From: Crocinitomicaceae bacterium
Lineage (GTDB): Bacteria; Bacteroidota; Bacteroidia; Flavobacteriales_D; CAJJDF01
Reading direction: 5' to 3'
Assembly: GCA_024639505.1 (NCBI GenBank)
Contig: JAHEIE010000018.1
Span: 2,777 to 66,776 of the forward strand
Length of the DNA stretch: 64,000 bases
Both the position numbers and the translations under genes were made by a program. The notes under the pieces were generated by a model that was not told the origin of the DNA, ran no database searches, and worked only from the letters and a program-made list of their open reading frames with translations. Shown here one piece after another: positions 10,869-21,823 of the stretch (its first letter is position 1; each line of letters begins with the position of its first letter).

Positions 10869-12716
10869 ATGAAACAAATATTCTCACTCCTTTTATTGCT
10901 TTCGGCATCTTTTAGTTACAGTCAATCTTATTGGCAACAAAAAGTAGACTATACCATGGATATTGATTTTGATGAAACGAGACATCAATTTGAAGGAAAA
11001 CAAAAATTAGTGTACACTAATAATTCACCAGACGAACTATCCAAAGTGTTTTATCACTTGTATTTCAATGCATTTCAGCCAGGAAGTATGATGGATGTAA
11101 GGTCATTAACAATAGTTGATCCGGACAGAAGAGTAGGCGATAGAATTTCAAAATTAACTCCCGAAGAAGAAGGGTTTCAGAAAGTGAATTCACTTAAGAT
11201 GAATGGAAAAAAAGTGAAATACAAAACTGTTGGAACCATTTTAGAAGTAGACTTGCCCCGTTCTATCAAGCCAGGAGAATCTGTAACATTTGATATGGAA
11301 TTTGAAGCTCAAGTGCCAATTCAAATAAGAAGAAGCGGAAGAAATAGTGCCGAAGGTATCGATTATTCTATGACCCAATGGTACCCAAAAATGACTGAGT
11401 ATGACTACGAAGGTTGGCATGCAAATCCTTATGTAGGAAGAGAGTTTCATGGAGTTTGGGGAGATTTTGATGTCACGATTCACCTCAATAAAAAATACAC
11501 AATTGGTGGAACCGGTGTATTACAAAACCCAACTGAAATTGGTAAAGGATACACAACAGAACCTGTAACCGAAAAAGTAAATAAGAAAGGACAATTGTCT
11601 TGGAATTTTGTTGCCAAAAACGTTCATGATTTTGCTTGGGCAGCAGATCCGGATTACAAACACGACATTAAAACGCTTGACAACGGAACTCGACTTCATT
11701 TCTTTTACCAAACCGATACATTGGTCGAAAACTGGGAAAACTGCCAAGATTATGCAGTGAGAGCATTTGAATATGTGAACAAAAAATACGGTGAATATCC
11801 GTATTCCGAATACTCTATCATACAAGGTGGAGATGGCGGAATGGAATACCCAATGGCTACTTTGATTACTGCTCATGGTTCTTTTGGAGGATTGGTGAGT
11901 GTAATAATTCACGAAGGACTTCATAGCTGGTACCAGGGAATGATGGCTACCAACGAATCTAAATATCCATGGATGGATGAAGGATTTACTTCTTATGCTC
12001 AGCACGATGCTATGGATTATGTTTACGGAAAAAATGCTCTGAATCCACACTTGGGTGCTCACAGAAATTACCATTTTTTGGTTATGAAAAATGAACAAGA
12101 GCCACTTACAACCCATGCCGATCATTACAAAATGAACAGAACTTACGGAATCTCTGTCTATTCGAAAGGTGAAGTATTCTTAGATCAATTGGAATACATT
12201 TTGGGTGAAAAAGATTTTGAAAAAACCATGATTAATTATTACAACCAATGGAAATTCAAACATCCAAATGCTAATGATTTTAAGAGAGTAGCAGAGCAAA
12301 CTTCAGGATTGGAATTAGATTGGTATTTGGAGCAATTTATTGGAACTACCAACTTTATAGACTACGGGGTAGACAGCATTTCTGTGTGTGACAAAAACAC
12401 AACCCGAATTCACTTGCAAAGAATTGGAGACATGCCAATGCCGCTAGATGTAGTTGTTACACTGATGAATGGAAAAACAAAAACCTACAACATTCCATTG
12501 GCAGTGATGCGTGGATCAAAAACAGTTTCTAAATACGACAATTACGAAGTAGTATCAGAAGATTGGCCGTGGACAAACCCAACTTTCAATTTGTGTATAG
12601 ACGAAAAAATAGAAAACATTGCACGAATCGAAATTGATCCTAGTTTGAGGCTTTCGGATGTAAACAGAAAGAACAATATTTTTCCGGAACCAGAAGAGAA
12701 AAAAGAAACGGAATAA
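10869..12716 (+). CDS. Secreted M1-family zinc metallopeptidase
   Basis: Signal peptide; HEGLH followed 18 residues later by E (HEXXH-X18-E gluzincin signature, counted by hand). Confidence 0.85.
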   Translation: MKQIFSLLLLLSASFSYSQSYWQQKVDYTMDIDFDETRHQFEGKQKLVYTNNSPDELSKVFYHLYFNAFQPGSMMDVRSLTIVDPDRRVGDRISKLTPEEEGFQKVNSLKMNGKKVKYKTVGTILEVDLPRSIKPGESVTFDMEFEAQVPIQIRRSGRNSAEGIDYSMTQWYPKMTEYDYEGWHANPYVGREFHGVWGDFDVTIHLNKKYTIGGTGVLQNPTEIGKGYTTEPVTEKVNKKGQLSWNFVAKNVHDFAWAADPDYKHDIKTLDNGTRLHFFYQTDTLVENWENCQDYAVRAFEYVNKKYGEYPYSEYSIIQGGDGGMEYPMATLITAHGSFGGLVSVIIHEGLHSWYQGMMATNESKYPWMDEGFTSYAQHDAMDYVYGKNALNPHLGAHRNYHFLVMKNEQEPLTTHADHYKMNRTYGISVYSKGEVFLDQLEYILGEKDFEKTMINYYNQWKFKHPNANDFKRVAEQTSGLELDWYLEQFIGTTNFIDYGVDSISVCDKNTTRIHLQRIGDMPMPLDVVVTLMNGKTKTYNIPLAVMRGSKTVSKYDNYEVVSEDWPWTNPTFNLCIDEKIENIARIEIDPSLRLSDVNRKNNIFPEPEEKKETE

Positions 12717-12720
12717 AAAA

Positions 12721-12746
12721 ATGGAGGCTGAAAATTCAGCCTCCAT
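12721..12746. terminator. Bidirectional terminator between the M1 peptidase and MscS genes
   Basis: Stem ATGGAGGCTG/CAGCCTCCAT with flanking A and T runs. Confidence 0.85.
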
Positions 12747-12770
12747 TTTTATTTTAAACTTATTTGTAGT

Positions 12771-13643
12771 TTATGCATTTTTCATCGTAACAACTCTCTG
12801 CTCGAATGGAGCTTCGAATCCTGCATCGCCAAGTTGTTTTACAATTTCTCCTCTAAGTCCCCAAAACACATCCCAATAATCAGCGACTGTTGTGTAAGGA
12901 AGTGCCATAAGTTCAATGTTGCTAGTGCTTAAATTTGTCACATAAACACTTGGTGCTGGATCTTCCAGAACGATAGGCGAATTCTTTAAAATATTAAGAA
13001 CAATCTCTTTCGCTTTATCTACATCGCTTCCGTATCGAATTGCGAATGGAATATCGGCCCTCACGTTTCCTTCTTTGCTGTAGTTTTTAATGTTTCCTCC
13101 TAATAATGGTCCGTTAGGAATAAAAACTGTTTTGTTTTGAAAAGTTTTGATTACTGTAACGAAAACAGAAAGTTCCTTTACAAATCCTAATTCACCTTGC
13201 ACCTCAATCAAATCTCCAACTTTGAAAGGTCGGAAAATCAATAACAAAACACCCGATGCAAAATTCCCAAGTGTTCCTTGAAGTCCCATTCCTATTGCCA
13301 AACCTAAAGCACCCAGCAAAGCGATGAATGATGTAGTTGCAATTCCTACTTGGCTCGCCACCGCAATGAACAACATTGCCTTGAGTAAAAAAGTAAGGAG
13401 TGTGATTAAAAATGGCTGCAAAGTAGTATCGATACTTCTCTTATCAAAAAGTCTTCCTACAGCTTTCATTGCCATACGAATTACCCACAAACCTATTACC
13501 AAAGTTAGGATTGCTCCTATTACTTTTGGTCCGTATTCGTAAGCGAAATCTGTAAGTTGAGATAAGAAATTTGCACTGGTCGTAGCCGCAGTTTCGGCCA
13601 TCTCTGAAACTGCTCCTGCAGTCTCTTGCGTGATTGATGTCAT
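12771..13643 (-). CDS. Mechanosensitive ion channel, MscS family
   Basis: Start moved to the ATG at 13643 (MTSITQE...). TM3 plus beta-domain pattern GDLIEVQGELGFVKELSVFVT. The longer ORF would overlap mutS. Confidence 0.85.
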   Translation of the reverse strand: MTSITQETAGAVSEMAETAATTSANFLSQLTDFAYEYGPKVIGAILTLVIGLWVIRMAMKAVGRLFDKRSIDTTLQPFLITLLTFLLKAMLFIAVASQVGIATTSFIALLGALGLAIGMGLQGTLGNFASGVLLLIFRPFKVGDLIEVQGELGFVKELSVFVTVIKTFQNKTVFIPNGPLLGGNIKNYSKEGNVRADIPFAIRYGSDVDKAKEIVLNILKNSPIVLEDPAPSVYVTNLSTSNIELMALPYTTVADYWDVFWGLRGEIVKQLGDAGFEAPFEQRVVTMKNA

Positions 13644-13767
13644 AGTTATTGATTTTAAGTTAGAATTTTTAAATATCAAAAAATCTTGATTGGTTCTGTC
13701 AGATTTAACAAAACCTTTAGAGAAATTATTGAAAAGAAGTTGACGGAATAGAATTGAGACCTGCTGA

Positions 13768-13775
13768 TAAATTTG
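13768..13775 (+). promoter_or_regulatory. Possible -7 promoter box (TAAATTTG) for mutS
   Basis: Matches TAnnTTTG 32 nt before the mutS ATG. No well-spaced -33 TTTG found. Confidence 0.3.
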
Positions 13776-13806
13776 TACATTTAAAACTTGTAAAAAAGAA
13801 GGAACA

Positions 13807-16422
13807 ATGGCAAAAGAAGCAGTGAAAGAAACTCCGTTGATGAAGCAATACAATGCGATAAAAGCAAAGCATCCAGATGCTGTTCTATTGTTTCGTGTTG
13901 GGGATTTTTACGAAACTTTCAAGGAAGACGCGAAAATTGCTGCTCAAGTTTTGGGAATTGTTCTTACCAAAAGAAAAAATGGAAAAGCTGCCCACATTGA
14001 ATTGGCAGGATTTCCTCACCATTCGCTGAACACTTATTTGCCAAAGCTAGTAAGAGCAGGTTACAGAGTAGCTATTTGCGATCAGTTGGAAGATCCTAAA
14101 ATGACCAAAACCATCGTAAAAAGAGGAGTGACAGAATTGGTTACGCCTGGAGTTACTTTCAATGACAATGTGCTGGAACAAAAGAAAAATAATTTCTTGG
14201 CTGCAGTTCATTTTACAAAACACGTAATTGGAGTTTCTTTCCTTGATATTTCCACAGGTGAGTTCCTTGTTGCCGAAGGTTCGGCCGAATACATAGACAA
14301 GCTGATTCAGAGTTTGAAACCAACTGAAGTTCTTTTCCAAAAAGGGAATCAAAAGAAGTTCAACGAACTGTTTGGAAACAAATTCTACTTTTTTCAATTG
14401 GAAGATTGGGTGTTTACAACCGATTTTGCAACCGATTTACTTACCAAGCAATTTAATACAAAAACTCTAAAAGGATTTGGTGTAGAAGATTTGAAAGTTG
14501 CGACAATTGCTGCGGGTGCTGCGTTGCACTATTTATCAGAAACTCACCACAAGGAGTCGAAACACATCTCTACACTTTCGAGAATAGAAGAAGATCATTA
14601 CGTTTGGTTGGATAGATTTACAATAAGAAATTTGGAGCTTATTTCATCCAATAATCAAGATGCTACAACGCTTATTGATGTATTGGACAAAACTGTTTCG
14701 CCAATGGGAGCAAGACTTCTGAAAAGATGGATGCTTCTTCCTCTCAAAAACACGAAAGCTATTGCCAAAAGGCATGATGTAGTGGAAGGCTTGGTGAATA
14801 ACAAGGAACTACTGGAGGAACTAACTTCCAACGTGAGTCAAATTAGTGATTTGGAGAGGTTGGTTTCTAAAGTTTCTATTGGAAAAATATCGCCTAGAGA
14901 AGTGAACCAACTCAAAAACTCATTGGATGCACTTGTTCCTGTAAAAGAGCTAAGCGAAACCTCTGAAGTCGCTGCTCTAAAATTAATTAGCGAACAGATA
15001 AATCCTTGTGATTCATTGAGACAAAAGATTGAAAAAGAACTCTGTGATGATGCGCCTGTGTTATTGAACAAAGGAAACGTGATAAAGGAAGGTGTGAACC
15101 AAGAATTGGATGAATTGAGGAAAATTGCCTTTTCTGGAAAGGATTACTTGCTCAATTTGCAACAAAGAGAAAGTGAAAGAACGGGAATTACTTCTCTAAA
15201 AATAGCCTTCAACAATGTGTTTGGGTATTACATTGAAGTTCGAAACACCCACAAAGACAAAGTACCCGAAGAATGGATAAGAAAGCAAACCTTGGTGAAT
15301 GCCGAACGATACATCACAGAGGAATTAAAAGAATATGAAACCAAAATATTGGGTGCAGAAGAAAAAATTCTTGCCCTGGAATCTTCTATTTTCGAAAACT
15401 TAGTACTCGAACTTTCTGATTTTACTGTTCCAATTCAGCACAATGCCAATTTGGTGGCTCAAATAGATTGTTTGTCTTCTTTTGCGATGCAGGCAATCCA
15501 CAACAATTACTGCAAACCAATTGTAGACGACAGCACCAAATTGACAATTAAAAATGGGCGTCACCCAGTGATTGAAACCTGTTTGGCTGTGGGCGAAGAA
15601 TACATACCAAACGATGTTTTTTTGGATGATGTTTCTCAACAAATAATCATGATTACCGGACCTAACATGTCGGGTAAATCTGCAATACTAAGACAAACTG
15701 CATTGATTGTTTTGATGGCTCAAATGGGAAGTTTTGTTCCTGCCGAGTCCGTAGAAATGGGCTTTGTAGACAAGATATTTACACGAGTTGGAGCATCGGA
15801 TAATATTTCATCTGGCGAATCTACTTTTATGGTAGAAATGAATGAAACGGCAAGTATTTTGAATAACATTTCGGAACGAAGCTTGATTCTCTTGGATGAA
15901 ATTGGAAGAGGAACTAGTACCTACGATGGAATTTCGATAGCTTGGAGTATCACGGAATACATTCATGAATATCCTCAGAAAAAAGCAAAAACATTATTTG
16001 CAACTCACTATCACGAGTTGAACGAAATGCACAAGCAATTCCAAAGAATAAAGAACTATAATGTTTCGGTGAAAGAGATTAACAAAAAAATTCTTTTTAT
16101 GAGAAAACTTGTGGAAGGAGGAAGTAATCACAGTTTTGGAATTCATGTAGCAAAAATGGCGGGAATGCCAGGTTTTGTGATAAGAAAAGCCGAAGAAATG
16201 CTTGAAAAGCTAGAAGCAAGAAGTGGCGACAGCAAACACGATACTTCCGATAAGCTTAAAGATATTGGCAAAAAAGACGAAGAAATGCAATTGAGTTTTT
16301 TCAATCTGGATGATCCAATTTTGGAAGACATCAGAGATGACATTGCCAATGTGGATATCAATACGCTTACACCCGTTGAGGCGCTCATGAAATTGAATGA
16401 GATTAAAAAGAAATTGGGGTAA
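13807..16422 (+). CDS. mutS: DNA mismatch repair protein MutS
   Basis: N-terminal TPLMKQY...GDFYE, Walker A GPNMSGKS, 871 aa. Confidence 0.97.
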   Translation: MAKEAVKETPLMKQYNAIKAKHPDAVLLFRVGDFYETFKEDAKIAAQVLGIVLTKRKNGKAAHIELAGFPHHSLNTYLPKLVRAGYRVAICDQLEDPKMTKTIVKRGVTELVTPGVTFNDNVLEQKKNNFLAAVHFTKHVIGVSFLDISTGEFLVAEGSAEYIDKLIQSLKPTEVLFQKGNQKKFNELFGNKFYFFQLEDWVFTTDFATDLLTKQFNTKTLKGFGVEDLKVATIAAGAALHYLSETHHKESKHISTLSRIEEDHYVWLDRFTIRNLELISSNNQDATTLIDVLDKTVSPMGARLLKRWMLLPLKNTKAIAKRHDVVEGLVNNKELLEELTSNVSQISDLERLVSKVSIGKISPREVNQLKNSLDALVPVKELSETSEVAALKLISEQINPCDSLRQKIEKELCDDAPVLLNKGNVIKEGVNQELDELRKIAFSGKDYLLNLQQRESERTGITSLKIAFNNVFGYYIEVRNTHKDKVPEEWIRKQTLVNAERYITEELKEYETKILGAEEKILALESSIFENLVLELSDFTVPIQHNANLVAQIDCLSSFAMQAIHNNYCKPIVDDSTKLTIKNGRHPVIETCLAVGEEYIPNDVFLDDVSQQIIMITGPNMSGKSAILRQTALIVLMAQMGSFVPAESVEMGFVDKIFTRVGASDNISSGESTFMVEMNETASILNNISERSLILLDEIGRGTSTYDGISIAWSITEYIHEYPQKKAKTLFATHYHELNEMHKQFQRIKNYNVSVKEINKKILFMRKLVEGGSNHSFGIHVAKMAGMPGFVIRKAEEMLEKLEARSGDSKHDTSDKLKDIGKKDEEMQLSFFNLDDPILEDIRDDIANVDINTLTPVEALMKLNEIKKKLG

Positions 16423-16684
16423 TATGCTGCCCTATTTAAATCAAAAATAATTGATCATTCAAGCTTAGTTCATTTTTTTTCATTACCAAAAAAGGCTAGA
16501 ATTTTCAAAGGTTTTCTGAGAATCGGAACTTAACAGGCTTTTCCACCAAAGACTTGAGCCTGTCCTGAGCTGTTTTCAACATTCTACCGCACGGATGAAA
16601 ATCCACGTACCTTTTCAAAAATAATTTATCGAACATACTCCGACATTTTGACATTTACGTGAAGAAAAAATTAACCAAAAAAAA

Positions 16685-16711
16685 GGGTAACTAGAAAAAC
16701 TCTAGCTACCC
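16685..16711 (-). terminator. Terminator of the 16737..18047 lipoprotein gene
   Basis: Stem GGGTAACTAG/CTAGCTACCC (one mismatch). T8 on the minus strand. Confidence 0.75.
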
Positions 16712-16736
16712 TTTTCAGGTTTGATAAAAGTTGGTT

Positions 16737-18047
16737 TTACTTAGTCCAACCTGAAGTCCAGTCGTTGCTTGATTCCACAGCACCTACAAAAGTTCCAGCA
16801 GTAAACCAAGAACCTAATGTTGTTGGGTCTAAGGCATTAGTTGAAGAAGTTCCGATGAATCCGCTTAATGAAACAGTAGAAATTGAATTTGTAGCTTCGT
16901 TTGTTGGTTCAAAATCTGCACAATCTCTCCAGTTTGTTCCGTTTGTGAATACATTTGAGTTTTTCAAAACTAACTCTCCACCAGTCATATTTGTAGTGGT
17001 TTGAGCATCAGAAACTCGTACTCCCGAACTTGGAAACCCTGTTACAATTGCGTTGTAAATTTTTCCTTTTGTTCCTTCTCTCAATCTCATTCCTGTGTTT
17101 GAAGCATCTCCATCATCTACACCCACCAATGTAATATTAGCAATTGTAGGGTTTGAGTAAGGCATCAAAGTGTTATCAGAACCATTATTATCAGCTTCAA
17201 TTCCTCTGTCTCCACCTCCAGCTTCTTGGTTTACAACCCAAAACTGTCCGTTTCCTCTCCATCCGTAAGTCCAGTCGAAAGAATCATCTTCGTTTCCTGT
17301 AGATACAGCATATTTTACAGAAACTGTTCCTCCAAAAAACTCAATTCCATCATCAGCACCTCTGTACGCTTGGATGTACTCTACAGTCGTTCCACTTCCT
17401 ACTCCATTGAAAGAAAACCCGTTCAATTCATTGTCTGTTCCCAAAAGTTTTCCTGCGTATTCCACTCTCACATACTTAATTGTTCCTGAGTTATCGTTGT
17501 CCTGAGTTCCTCCATATTTCCCGGTTCCTCCTTCACCTTCTGCTTCAGATCCATTATTAATTTGGGCTTTTCCGTTTATGATAATTCCACCCCAATCTCC
17601 AGCAGATGGAGTTCCTGTAACAGTCTTAATTGTTGTCATCACGATTGGAGCCGAAGCTGTTCCTACAGCATTGATTTTTGCTCCTCTTTGGATAGCCAAG
17701 AATGGAGTTGTAGCGTCATCAGCAGCATAAATTTCTGTTCCTGCTTGAATTGTTAAGGTATTTCCAGATTTTACGAATATCCCTCCACTTAACAACCATT
17801 TCTTATCGCTGGAAAAAGTGTAGTTTTCATCAATAGTTCCTGTCACTCTTTGGTACGTTACGCCTGAAATTGTTGTAGAAGCTACTTTAAAAGCAGACAC
17901 TATACAAGTACCGTCATCTTTCACTGCATCAACATCATAGTTTTTTGCGTTTGGATCTGTGCACCCTTCAGGTTTTTTACAGCTAGTTGCAGTTACCATT
18001 CCTGCAGCCAAAATCATCATTCCGAAAGTTTTGAAATTTGTTTTCAT
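16737..18047 (-). CDS. Surface lipoprotein of unknown function, downstream of the TonB-dependent receptor
   Basis: Lipobox GMVTATSC. Short GCTDPNAKNYD..DDGTC module. Gly/Asn/Thr-rich beta-rich body. Own strong terminator. Confidence 0.6.
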   Translation of the reverse strand: MKTNFKTFGMMILAAGMVTATSCKKPEGCTDPNAKNYDVDAVKDDGTCIVSAFKVASTTISGVTYQRVTGTIDENYTFSSDKKWLLSGGIFVKSGNTLTIQAGTEIYAADDATTPFLAIQRGAKINAVGTASAPIVMTTIKTVTGTPSAGDWGGIIINGKAQINNGSEAEGEGGTGKYGGTQDNDNSGTIKYVRVEYAGKLLGTDNELNGFSFNGVGSGTTVEYIQAYRGADDGIEFFGGTVSVKYAVSTGNEDDSFDWTYGWRGNGQFWVVNQEAGGGDRGIEADNNGSDNTLMPYSNPTIANITLVGVDDGDASNTGMRLREGTKGKIYNAIVTGFPSSGVRVSDAQTTTNMTGGELVLKNSNVFTNGTNWRDCADFEPTNEATNSISTVSLSGFIGTSSTNALDPTTLGSWFTAGTFVGAVESSNDWTSGWTK

Positions 18048-18186
18048 TTGTTTTTTCTTGTTTTGTTTATATGATACAAATAACTTCTTTTAATCTTACC
18101 TGAATTTTTCTGTTGTGTTAAGTAATTTTTAAGAATCCTAAAAATTCTAATAATAATAACTTAACCTAAATACTTTTGTTGAAAAA

Positions 18187-18214
18187 AGCACCTTAACAAA
18201 AAGTTTAAGGTGCT
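18187..18214 (-). terminator. Terminator directly after the TonB-dependent receptor gene
   Basis: Stem AGCACCTTAA/TTAAGGTGCT. T6 on the minus strand. Confidence 0.75.
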
Positions 18215-18238
18215 TTCCAGTTTTAATACTGTTTATGC

Positions 18239-21001
18239 TTAAAATTTATACCCAACAGATAGAGAAGTAAATACACCTCTTCTTGTGGAGTTAATCAAGA
18301 TTGGATCGTTTGGAGTTTCTTGCTCAAATCGGATATCTTGGTTGAGTAAGTTCTTCACTTTTACTCCAAAACTAAAATGCTTTAGTTCAATTCCAGCAAC
18401 CAAATTTAATGAGTTCACTGGCAATTCATACACATCTCCAAGTCCATAAATTCCTACGTTGTAGATTCTTCTTCCGAATACATTGTAAGATAAACTAGCA
18501 TTTACTTTTAAGTCTTTTTTCAATGTTCTTGAATACGCTAAATCTACATTAATCAAATAAGGAGAAGCTCCCTGAAGTGCTCTTTCGCTGTTGGTTTGCG
18601 CCAAATTTGCTTCTGGATCAAATGTTACTTTCGAGTACAAATAAGTTGCGTTTACCCCTAAAGAAACAAACTTCAAAAATGATGTATCTGATTTTGCTAA
18701 GAAAGATAATGATTTGGTATACTCAAATTCTAATCCTGCCACAGTCGCATTGCCTGCATTACGGAAAGATTGAAGTTGGTTCGTTGCAACCTCCATCGTT
18801 TTTTCAATCGGATTTATTAATTGTTTGTAAAAAACACCTACAGCCATAAATTCCCCTAATCTAGGGTATCTTTCGTACCTCAAATCAAAATTATAGTTCT
18901 CACCGTTTACCAATTCAGGGTTACCAACCGTAGTAGCTCCTGCAAACAATTCTGTGTATTGAAATGGTGCAACTTCCTTGAAACCTGGTCTTGAAATTGT
19001 TTTACTCGCTGAGAATCTCACGATATTTGTATCATTTGGCTGGTACTTCAAAATCAAACTTGGCAACACATCTGCCGATACAATTCTATTTATTCTTTTA
19101 AAATCTGGTTGTGTTTGGTCTAGGTAAGATATTTTTTGATCACTTAATTCTAATCGAGCTCCTGCAATCAATTCAAATTTTGGTGTAATGTTGTAATCTA
19201 CAAATCCATAAACAGCATTTATGTTTTGAGTTGCCAAATAGGCACTCGCTGGGTTTAGTGCTTCTTGAATACTAAACTCACCTGATTCATGCGAAGTTGG
19301 GTTGATGTATCCATCAGGATTAAGCACATCTAACGAGTTGTTTGTTAAGTTTAAGTCATATACGTATTGAGTAAAATCAAAATCTCTATTCTTTCTTTTT
19401 ATCATTCCCCCAGCTGTTAGAGCTAATTTTGCTCCATCTTCTACATTCTTAGTGTTGTATTTAAAAATGTACTTCGTTTCTAGTTTAGCACTCAATTGTC
19501 TTTCATTCAAATAAGAGAAAAACCTGTGATTTTCAATTCTGTCTGTTGCATTTATCGTGTAATCGTCTGTATTTTCCTTATCGTCATAAAAATAAACCAA
19601 CTGTCTTCTGTCTGGCTCGGTGCTATTTGCGTTGTTCAGTGCAGCCGACCAATTTACTCTCAATTTATTGTCTTTCATCAAAAAGTGTGAACCACTCAAC
19701 TGATTGTTCATTAAGTTGTTTTGCTTAAACGTGAACCTTCGGGCGTATACATTTCTTGCGTAATCCCAGTGCGAACCGTACACCTCTTTTGTTTGATCTT
19801 CCGAAGTATTTACATAAAGGAAGTTGTAAGAAATCAAATGATTTTCATTGATATCGAAACCTACACTTGCCATTGCCGAAGAGGAAGTACTTGTTGTATA
19901 ATCCTCAAAATCGTAATCAATTTGAATGTCTTCTTGGGTATTTATAACTCGGTATTTACCAAAAGAGTATCTGTTGTCATTCGAGTGATTCAACGTCACT
20001 AAGAAACCTATCTTAGATTTTTCGTTCTTTAGCTGATATTGATTCCCTGCAAACAAACCAAAACTAGAATTGGGTAAAGTGGTTTTAAAAACCGGATTCA
20101 AGTTAGTAGCAAATAATTCAGCATCTCCTTCAGTAGATCTGTATGCTTCTTGATTTGCGATAGCCACAGGAATTGATCTTGTTCCATCATCAAAACCCAA
20201 ATAATCTAACCTTCCTCCGTTGTAAGTCATTCTTTGTCTGCCAATGGATTGAGAATTAAATCCAGTTCCTAAAGAGATTTTAAACACTTTTTCGGAAGGA
20301 TAATCTTTCGTAGAAATATCCATTGCTCCTCCTGCAAAATCGCCCTCTAAGTTTGGCATAAATGCTTTTTTAATCGACATCGATTTAATAACACTTGTAG
20401 GGAATAAATCCAATGGAATTACTTTTTTATCTGGATCTGGTGATGCAATTGGCAAACCATTCAAATAAGCCGAATTATATCTATCTCCCATTCCTCTTAC
20501 ATACACATTTCCTGAACCCACAACTGACAAACCAACTACTTTTTTTGCTGCATCATCTGCGCTTGAAGCCCCAGTTTTTTCCATTTTTTCTGATCCAATT
20601 ACACTTTCTACTCCAGCAGCTCCCTTCGTTTCATTAATATCCATTGCCATGGAGCCACCCACAGCTCTGTCTACTACAGTAAATGTCTTTATCGTGGTAG
20701 AAGAAGACGATAATTCTATGGCTACAGGAACATTCTGATCCGTTACGGTCACAACCACTTCTTTGTTATCCAAACCTACTGAGGAAACCACAAGTGTGTA
20801 TGTTCCTTTAGAAACAGACAAACTAAATTTACCATCAAAATCTGTTGAGGCACCTTTACTTGTTCCTTTAATTAATACATTTGCAAATGGAACTGGCTCT
20901 ACCAAGTCGTCAGTTTTTCCTGTCACAACTCCATCGATGGAAAATTGTGAGTAACTTACCGAGGCGAAAACCAAAAAGGTGATAAATAGTACTTTTTTCA
21001 T
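18239..21001 (-). CDS. TonB-dependent receptor with N-terminal carboxypeptidase-regulatory-like domain
   Basis: 920 aa. Signal peptide, CarbopepD-like GVVTGKT...PFANVLIKGT, plug region, C-terminal ...SLSVGYKF beta-signal. Confidence 0.85.
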   Translation of the reverse strand: MKKVLFITFLVFASVSYSQFSIDGVVTGKTDDLVEPVPFANVLIKGTSKGASTDFDGKFSLSVSKGTYTLVVSSVGLDNKEVVVTVTDQNVPVAIELSSSSTTIKTFTVVDRAVGGSMAMDINETKGAAGVESVIGSEKMEKTGASSADDAAKKVVGLSVVGSGNVYVRGMGDRYNSAYLNGLPIASPDPDKKVIPLDLFPTSVIKSMSIKKAFMPNLEGDFAGGAMDISTKDYPSEKVFKISLGTGFNSQSIGRQRMTYNGGRLDYLGFDDGTRSIPVAIANQEAYRSTEGDAELFATNLNPVFKTTLPNSSFGLFAGNQYQLKNEKSKIGFLVTLNHSNDNRYSFGKYRVINTQEDIQIDYDFEDYTTSTSSSAMASVGFDINENHLISYNFLYVNTSEDQTKEVYGSHWDYARNVYARRFTFKQNNLMNNQLSGSHFLMKDNKLRVNWSAALNNANSTEPDRRQLVYFYDDKENTDDYTINATDRIENHRFFSYLNERQLSAKLETKYIFKYNTKNVEDGAKLALTAGGMIKRKNRDFDFTQYVYDLNLTNNSLDVLNPDGYINPTSHESGEFSIQEALNPASAYLATQNINAVYGFVDYNITPKFELIAGARLELSDQKISYLDQTQPDFKRINRIVSADVLPSLILKYQPNDTNIVRFSASKTISRPGFKEVAPFQYTELFAGATTVGNPELVNGENYNFDLRYERYPRLGEFMAVGVFYKQLINPIEKTMEVATNQLQSFRNAGNATVAGLEFEYTKSLSFLAKSDTSFLKFVSLGVNATYLYSKVTFDPEANLAQTNSERALQGASPYLINVDLAYSRTLKKDLKVNASLSYNVFGRRIYNVGIYGLGDVYELPVNSLNLVAGIELKHFSFGVKVKNLLNQDIRFEQETPNDPILINSTRRGVFTSLSVGYKF

Positions 21002-21142
21002 GTCTTTATTTATTTACTGCAAAGGACTTTGTTTCATATTAACCCAATGTTAACTCACTATTATGTTTATGTAGTTTTTTTCGTAGCGCTTTCAGGACTA
21101 AGAAAAAAAACCTTTTATTTGTTAAACAATTTTTAAATAAAC

Positions 21143-21823
21143 ATGAAGTCAAGCAAGATTTTATTGGTAGATGATGATGAGGATATTCTAGATTTATTGG
21201 AGTACAACCTTACCAAGGAAGGGTATTTAGTTCAGACAGCACTCAATGGGAAAAAAGCCATTGAAGTAGCGAATGAATTTCTTCCGGATTTAATAATCAT
21301 GGATGTAATGATGCCAGAAATGGATGGTATCGAAACTTGTGGTGAAATAAGAAAGAATAAATTACTATCCAATACCATCATAACATTCCTTACAGCTAGA
21401 GGCGAAGATTACTCCCAAATTGCTGGTTATGAAGCTGGAGCAGATGACTACATCACAAAACCGATAAAGCCCAAAGTACTTTTTAGCAAAATAAAAGGGC
21501 TCTTAAGAAGAGGCAATATTGAAGCAGAACTTGTAGAAGAAACTGCCTCGATGAAAATTGACAGAGAAAAGTACATCGTACTTCAAAAGGGAGTAGAAAT
21601 ATCTCTTCCAAAAAAAGAGTTTGAATTGTTGGCACTACTTATGTCAAGGCCGAATAATGTATTTACACGAGAAAAAATATTTGCCTCGGTATGGGGAGAC
21701 GATATCGTTGTGGGAGACAGAACAATCGATGTTCACATCAGAAAACTTCGCGAAAAAATAGGAGACGACTACATCAAAACAGTGAAAGGAGTTGGGTATA
21801 AGTTTGTGGAAATAGAAAGTTAA
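21143..21823 (+). CDS. OmpR/PhoB-family DNA-binding response regulator (no adjacent kinase)
   Basis: Receiver ILLVDDDEDI...DLIIMDVMMP and winged-helix C-terminus ...IKTVKGVGYKF. Confidence 0.9.
   Translation: MKSSKILLVDDDEDILDLLEYNLTKEGYLVQTALNGKKAIEVANEFLPDLIIMDVMMPEMDGIETCGEIRKNKLLSNTIITFLTARGEDYSQIAGYEAGADDYITKPIKPKVLFSKIKGLLRRGNIEAELVEETASMKIDREKYIVLQKGVEISLPKKEFELLALLMSRPNNVFTREKIFASVWGDDIVVGDRTIDVHIRKLREKIGDDYIKTVKGVGYKFVEIES

Noticed and set aside
11520-12125. 201-aa ORF antisense to the M1 peptidase gene
   Set aside because: It lies entirely inside a gene whose sense frame carries the HEXXH-X18-E signature. Its composition looks like a shadow ORF typical of AT-rich coding DNA.
13644-13853. 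N-terminal 70-codon extension of the MscS ORF that would overlap the mutS start
   Set aside because: The extension has no channel homology. The internal ATG at 13643 restores a normal divergent promoter region containing a TAAATTTG box for mutS.
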